A stretch of 64,000 nt of DNA, taken from the NCBI GenBank assembly GCA_951804945.1, contig OX638153.1:51398001-51462000 (forward strand), in the 5' to 3' direction. A model generated the notes under the pieces. That model saw only the letters and a program-made list of their open reading frames with translations. It was not told the DNA's origin and searched no databases. Numbering within the stretch: position 1 is the first letter of the stretch; every line of letters begins with the position of its first letter. Of this stretch, positions 58,158 to 64,000 are shown in pieces. Position numbers and translations under genes: made by a program. This DNA comes from Podarcis cretensis. Lineage: Eukaryota.

Positions 58158-58462
58158 GGGCTCATATAGACTTCTTTTTGTGCCATATTTCTAGGCACAG
58201 GTCTGGACTTTAAAGCTCTGTGTCCAAGCAGTTATTTTTTTGTCCTGCTGCTTCCGCCAGGAAAACCTGCATTTTACTGCTGAACTGGAGCAAATGGCAA
58301 TCCACACAACCCATTTGCTGTTTGCTCTTATTCAGCGGTAAAACACATGTTTTCCTGGGGAAAGCGCTGGGGCAAAAATAAAATAAAATCGCTCAGATCC
58401 AGAGCTTTAAAGCCCAGACCTGTGCCTAGAAACATGGCGCAAAAGGAAATCTGGATGAGCCC
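58158..58462. mobile_element. Fully palindromic MITE (PIF/Harbinger-like)
   Basis: GGGCTCAT...ATGAGCCC ends; the arms are complementary over about 145 bp (e.g. TTTCTAGGCACAGGTCTGG / CCAGACCTGTGCCTAGAAA). Confidence 0.8.
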
Positions 58463-58691
58463 CATGTCTCAGTCACCAGAAACAAGCAGTACAAAAAAAA
58501 ACCCCTTCCTCTGAAACATTTAATGTTTTGTTTAGTAAATTGAGTCTCTTAACCCTTATCCTTTTCTCCTCTTCCCTGTTATAAAACAAAAATAACAACA
58601 ACCAGAACTGTGACAGGAAACTGAGTGATGTACGTGACACATTAAAAAACAACAACCTCAAAGCACTGGTGCCTAAGATGAAAAGGCATAC

Positions 58692-58799
58692 CGCAATTAG
58701 CATCTCCTCCAAAGCCAACTGGGCAGACACAGTGGTATCCTTCTAATCCCTGCTGAATGCATGTGCCTCCATTCTGGCAAGGATGAGAACCACAAGGAT
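58692..58799 (-). CDS. VWA2: VWA2 exon (EGF-like domain 1)
   Basis: tttag|AT...TGCG|gtatgc, 108 nt. Encodes DPCGSHPCQNGGTCIQQGLEGYHCVCPVGFGGDANC, with O-glucose (C-x-S-x-P-C) and O-fucose (C-x4-T-C) consensus sites. Confidence 0.96.
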
Positions 58800-59497
58800 C
58801 TAAAAAAAACAAACCAACAACCAGGAAGGAGAAAGACAAGGGTACCCATTTAATTTTTCAATCAATGATTATAGAGCCTTTCTTCTTGTTGTTAAGTTGT
58901 AAACAGGACTGAGCTCTAGGAAAACTCAGGCACAGTTCACATGGCATCTAAGCAGAGTATTTAACCCCAAGATCCCTTTTTTGTATCTAGCGAGAGCAGA
59001 TCTTGCCTTTTAGACAAGCAAAATAGACTCTGGAACACAGTAAAAGGGTCTTCATTTGACACTCTTCTTATAAACTAAGCTTCTCCTGTTTCCCTTTGTT
59101 GGCAAATAGAATGTCTATTAATTGAGGCACGGTCTTATTTTACCCCATTTTTTCTCTTTTTTTCTCTTTTTTAAATTGATTTATTATACCAACACAGACA
59201 ACACTCACAAAACAAACTAACAAAAAGATACTGCAACTACAAATGCAAAGCAGATGTTACAGATACATCCCTAATCCAGTTCTTATTCTTTCTATTTGAC
59301 TTCCTTCATCCTCAATGCAGGTCCAGTTGTATACTTAGTCAACTGTTTCTTTCTCAGTTCCTCTTCTCTATTTTTCTCTTTATCTTACATTCTTACACCA
59401 TAATTTGTTTTGCGGAAATTAGTCAAGACAAGTCCAGGTATTAAATTAGTACCTTATTATTTTTCATTTTGAAATGTTTCAGAAGACCGTATCTTAC

Positions 59498-59553
59498 CTG
59501 GGCATGTGGTACGGAAGCATCTAGAAGGATACTTGATGAAGGTGTTCCTCCAG
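59498..59553 (-). CDS. VWA2: VWA2 exon (56 nt)
   Basis: ttaag|C...CCAG|gtaaga. Encodes WRNTFIKYPSRCFRTTCP; phases fit both neighbours. Confidence 0.9.
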
Positions 59554-61141
59554 CTTAATTAGAAAAGCCAGTATATAAAAAAGTGAGATTGGGATAAACT
59601 TTAGTCTATGAAATAGAAGTTGACAACTTTCAGTTTGGTTAATATATACACAATTTTAAGCATGCCTAGTCAGAAAGCTTTGCAAAAATAAAGCCCGTGG
59701 AAAAACAAAAACAAAAAAAGAAGGCAGCAAAGATTTCACCACTGACGTCTCTAAACTCCATGCCACCCTCTTATGTTTATTTACACTAGGTTTAACCAAT
59801 GTGGTGCCCCTGAGATGCTGGACTCCAACTCCCATCTGTCCCAGTCAGCAAGGCCAGTAGACAGGGACGATGGGATCTGGAGTCCAATAATGTCTAGCTG
59901 CATAATTGCTGGCTCCGCCGCCCATACACACACATTTGCTGTAACCCCCGAGAAGTACATCTTGAAAGTATGCTCTTCATTTACATAAATTTACGTACTA
60001 CATAAGATATTCCAACTTCAGAATTCTGTTGGCCTGCTCAAAAAAAATTGCTCTTTTCAAAGCTATTTTATTTCTTTACTTCCCATGCTGCTTCAATCAA
60101 GATTTGTGTGTGTGCTATCACAAGCCTGCTTCCTCCCACCATCCCTAGCTAGTCCCCAAGGTAGATTTCTCATAGAGGAAACAAGTGGGGGATGCAGGGG
60201 GGGGGAGGAGCTGAAAGGAAATACTACATCTTTTAAAACTTCTTTATATACAGAAACAAAACAAAACTACAAAAGGCACAAAGATCTGTTTTCCTTTCCA
60301 AGTCCTTTCTCAAATATTTCACTTAGGGGTACAAGCCCTTCTTACAAAGATTTGAGCATGCAACTACTTCCTTTTACAGGCATTTGACATTACTTATCTT
60401 GCATAATTTTAGGATATATCCTCAACTCAGCATGCAGGGAATTTTCTTGTTGGACCTGCTGCCCCCGAGCTGACAATATAGCCCTGTGTTTGCAGACTTT
60501 GAGCTTCACATTGGCTGCAATATGAGCAGAGGCTATTTCCTGCCAGTGATTGAGCCTTCGCCCCATATCAGGGATGATCTTATAGCACTGTCAAAGGAGC
60601 AAGACAAGAGAAGAAGTGTTTCTTCCAACCAAGAGGCATGAAAAACATCCGGAGAGGCCTCGGTTGCGTACCAGGGCCAGCTGTGAGAGTTCTGGGCCTG
60701 GCTCTTTTTCTACCTCAAGGAAAGTAATCCATTGTGACACTGGAGGGAATTCAGGAATACAAAGATGTGCCCTGCATCTGAATCAAGAGATACTGTGTTG
60801 ATTTCCAACTATAACTGGACTCAGCCAAATCTCTCTGCCTCTTTATCTCTCTTTTTTTATTCAAATGCAAAAATCTGCTGGAGACACTAGCTTCCAGGTG
60901 CTGTTGTGGGTGTAGCCTTGGAGTGTTTGAAACCCATTTTTTGTGTGTGACGGGTTCCATTTCTCCTGCCTCTCCCCCACTTTTTTAAACTTCATTTTTT
61001 AAAACTTTGCTTAGAGGCCAGGACAGGACAGTGCTGAGCTCCTGCCCAGCCATCACCTTCATTTCCCTAGGGCACCTGTACATATAGATTTCATTGATCC
61101 CCACTGGGGTTTAAAAGGGCAGCACACAGCTGCTGACTCAC

Positions 61142-61274
61142 TTGTAAAATGGGCAGAGCGACGTGCGCACGGCATTATTGCTCTTCGACCCCTTCCAGCA
61201 AAAGTAGTTTCCAACAAACTCTTTGACTCTCTCGAGTGTTTTGCGTTCGCACGAGTGAGATTCAGCTCCGCAGC
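61142..61274 (-). CDS. VWA2: VWA2 exon (cysteine-rich region)
   Basis: cccag|GC...AA|gtgagt, 133 nt. Encodes CGAESHSCERKTLERVKEFVGNYFCWKGSKSNNAVRTSLCPFY. Confidence 0.93.
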
Positions 61275-62688
61275 CTGGGGCAAGGAGAAAATGGTCTCAA
61301 GCGTAGGCATTCATTGCCTGAGATTGAAAACTTTATGCACCCCCAAAAAGGGAGCACAGCAAAACATGAAGAGCACATTATTTACATGAGAAGACTTCAG
61401 ATTTCATCCCTGGCATCTCCCGCTGAAAAGATCAGATAGCAGGTCACAGAAAAGCCCTTTCCCCGAGACCCTAGGAAGCCACTGGCAGTCCGACTATACT
61501 GGGCCAGATGGACAAACCACTTGAGCTGATATGAGGCAGCTTTCTGTCTTTCCTGGACACTTGCTTTTCCGATAGCAATGGCAGGGAAGCCAACCACCAT
61601 TTTGAATTTCCAACAATACACCCAAATACTTCATGTAGCTACTGCCATGGGGTAAAACTGGGCAATCAACAAGGTGGGCAGTGGAGGGAAGGGAAACACA
61701 GGACACTTGGCTAGGTAGCACCCCTCTCTAACTTGAAGCCCACCCTAGGCATTGCCCAGGCTTCTGTATTGCTTGCTGTGATATACAATTATAAAGGGTC
61801 AAACTACACCTAATAGGCATTGCATAGCATGGAACAAACTCTGGGTTTTTGCTGTTGTTGTTAATTAAATTAAGAGGTGTAGGGTGGGGCGGAAGTACAA
61901 TTCCTACCATAAATACAATGTGTATTGAGGGGGAGCTTACCTCTTGCCTTCCCAACCCCAATCTACAAGGAAGCTGCCCCTCTCCCATGGCAAGGGCTTC
62001 AGATTAAAAGTATTGGGGGGGACGACTTCTCCTCACCGTACAACGTGTTGCATCCAATGCTGCTTTTCCGCTTCCACAATGGAACTTCCCTTCCTCTACT
62101 TGGCAACCCCCCGCTCACTTCCTTAAAATCTTCTCCAGAAGCTTGGAAAACAGATTTTGGGAAGGCAAGTCCTTTGGCTCAAATGGAACTCTACCTGCGC
62201 AGTGTTGGATACAACCCGCGACATTTACAGCAGGACCAGCACCCCACCAATGGTTTAATTATCAAAAACTGAAGACATTGCTACACGCTCTACAGTAAAT
62301 TTAACACGCAGCTTAATTCTCTTAGGCGTGTGCAGGGATGGAATGGCCGTGTATGAGGCACCACTGCTGGAGAGTCTCACTTGCTGCCTTCAAGCTCTCA
62401 GAAACAGGCAAAACACAGGCAAAAAACAGATCTACCCTTAATCACCAGACTTTGAAGCTTCTCTGTCTTTCTCCCTCTCTGTCTGGAATTTCTCTTCCTT
62501 CCTGCCTTCTGATAAACAGAAAGAATGCCCTAGATTAGAAAAGCAGCCTGGAGGGAGGAAGAACAAATGAGGCTTTGGGTCCAGGAACACAAAAAACCCC
62601 CCCCGCTGAACGTGACAGCTAGTGCCTAAACAAAATAGATGGCAAGACTTGTTTAATCAGTGTGTAGACGACTAAAAACCATTTTTAC

Positions 62689-62822
62689 CTGGAAATGCAG
62701 CGCTGCAGACGGCAGACTCTGTAAGGGTGGTATATAAACCATTGGAGGCGTCATCAGCATCTTCGGCAAAGAGGATGTGCCATTCGGCCGGCTCACTGAC
62801 TAGTGCCTGCAGTTCTTCCCAT
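62689..62822 (-). CDS. VWA2: VWA2 exon (end of VWA1)
   Basis: tgcag|A...CCAG|gtaaaa, 134 nt. Encodes WEELQALVSEPAEWHILFAEDADDASNGLYTTLTESAVCSAAFP. Confidence 0.95.
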
Positions 62823-63138
62823 CTGCACAGAAATAATTCAGCACAACAAATAAAGGACTGCAGCATGGCAACAACGTAATGGCAATGGGTGTCATAATTA
62901 ACAGGGGCTATTTAAAAGACCATGGTGCATGTATAGATGTGTGTGAAACTGAAGCCCAATAGCAGCCGTTGCTCTGCTGTAGTTACTACATTTTCCAAAG
63001 ACAAACGTTCTTTTTCCGTTCTTACCACATTTGCTTTAACGAAAGATTTTCCAACACACACCCTTGCCATTATATCAATAGAAAAAGGATGCACACAAAC
63101 GTACACCTTGGAGCTTTATATGCACACTTAATGCAAGG

Positions 63139-63255
63139 AAAGGGAAGGACCTTTTTGATAGTGGCTCCTGTGGAGTTGGCTCTCCACTGAGGTGTGCCTG
63201 GCCTCTTCATAATGCTCTTTTAGAAAGCAAGTCAAGACACATGTCTTTTTCCATG
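63139..63255 (+). mobile_element. Decayed L2-type LINE 3' fragment
   Basis: GGACCTTTTTGATAGTGGCTCC...GTCAAGACACATGTCTTTT resembles the L2 terminal coding motif; boundaries approximate. Confidence 0.5.
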
Positions 63256-63631
63256 CTTTTGGAAGAGGCATAGGAGTCCAGGGTTTTTTTAAAAGTCAAA
63301 TTTTCTTATAGACTCGTGGATAATTTAATGTTGTTTTTGGGGGGTGTGTGTGTGTGTGGTTATGGAATTGTTTTGGTATATTTTATTTATTATTTTGTTT
63401 TGTTTTCTTCATTTATTGATGTAAACCTCTCTGGGATACAAAACTCTCCCTAGCGATGCCTAAAACTCTCCCTAGCAATGGGTTTCTAGCATGTGGACCA
63501 CCACTTTCTCTTCAACTCTCTAGCCTGATAAATCTCACTTCCACTGCAAGCCTTTTCTTCAGTCACTGGTAGTCAATAAGTAATGGAGCACCCCTGGCTT
63601 CTTCCCACTCTAGACTAGAGGATAAACTTAC

Positions 63632-63826
63632 CTTGGGAAGCTGACTCCCACAGCAAACACAGCAATCCCTCTTTCTTTTAACTGCTTGGCTGGCACTGCC
63701 ACATTGCCCTGAGATCTCCCATCAGTAAGGATTATAAGGATCTGCGGTATGGATGAGTTTCTGCCCCCAGAGAATCCTTTCCGAAGAATGTATTTCAGAG
63801 CAAGTCCTGTTTCTGTTCTCCCACCT
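63632..63826 (-). CDS. VWA2: VWA2 (AMACO) exon, C-terminal half of VWA domain 1; earlier exons lie beyond the window
   Basis: ctcag|A...AG|gtaagt, 195 nt. Encodes GGRTETGLALKYILRKGFSGGRNSSIPQILIILTDGRSQGNVAVPAKQLKERGIAVFAVGVSFPR. Confidence 0.95.
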
Positions 63827-64000
63827 CTGAGTTAAACAGAAGAAGAAGGGGGATAAGTTAACACTGTTCTCTGCTTTGTTTCCAATAGAAGAACTGTCAT
63901 TTGCTATGGGAAAATGCTAGAATACAGAATATGGTTTGTTTGGAAAGTCAACAGGTGATGGAGACTATTACTGGAAGAAAGAAGGCTGTATCACATAAGT

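Overview
Vertebrate genomic DNA, most likely from a squamate (probably a lacertid lizard, judged from Sauria/Squam-type SINEs, BovB and abundant hAT/TcMar MITEs). It holds two convergent multi-exon genes. AFAP1L2 (XB130) is on the + strand: coding exons 2-19 at 16124-39238, with exon 1 upstream of the window and a probable 84-nt cassette exon at 25288-25371. The 3' part of VWA2 (AMACO) is on the - strand: nine coding exons at 63826-51658. Between their stop codons lies a very young, full-length Ty3/Gypsy chromovirus (sushi/Tf1-like) retrotransposon at 42599-49141. It has open gag and pol frames, a PEG10-type -1 frameshift signal (G GGA AAC plus pseudoknot) and a self-priming PBS instead of a tRNA PBS. 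Its most unusual property is that the LTR is protein-coding: pol reads past the chromodomain, through the PPT and all of U3 into R. About 220 C-terminal residues therefore share their DNA with the putative promoter, start site and self-primer. The introns carry a deleted Tc1 IR/DR element, a solo LTR, many MITEs, SINEs and LINE fragments; several sit directly on splice signals. Most short ORFs in the supplied track are spurious. All comparisons to known proteins are from memory; no searches were run.
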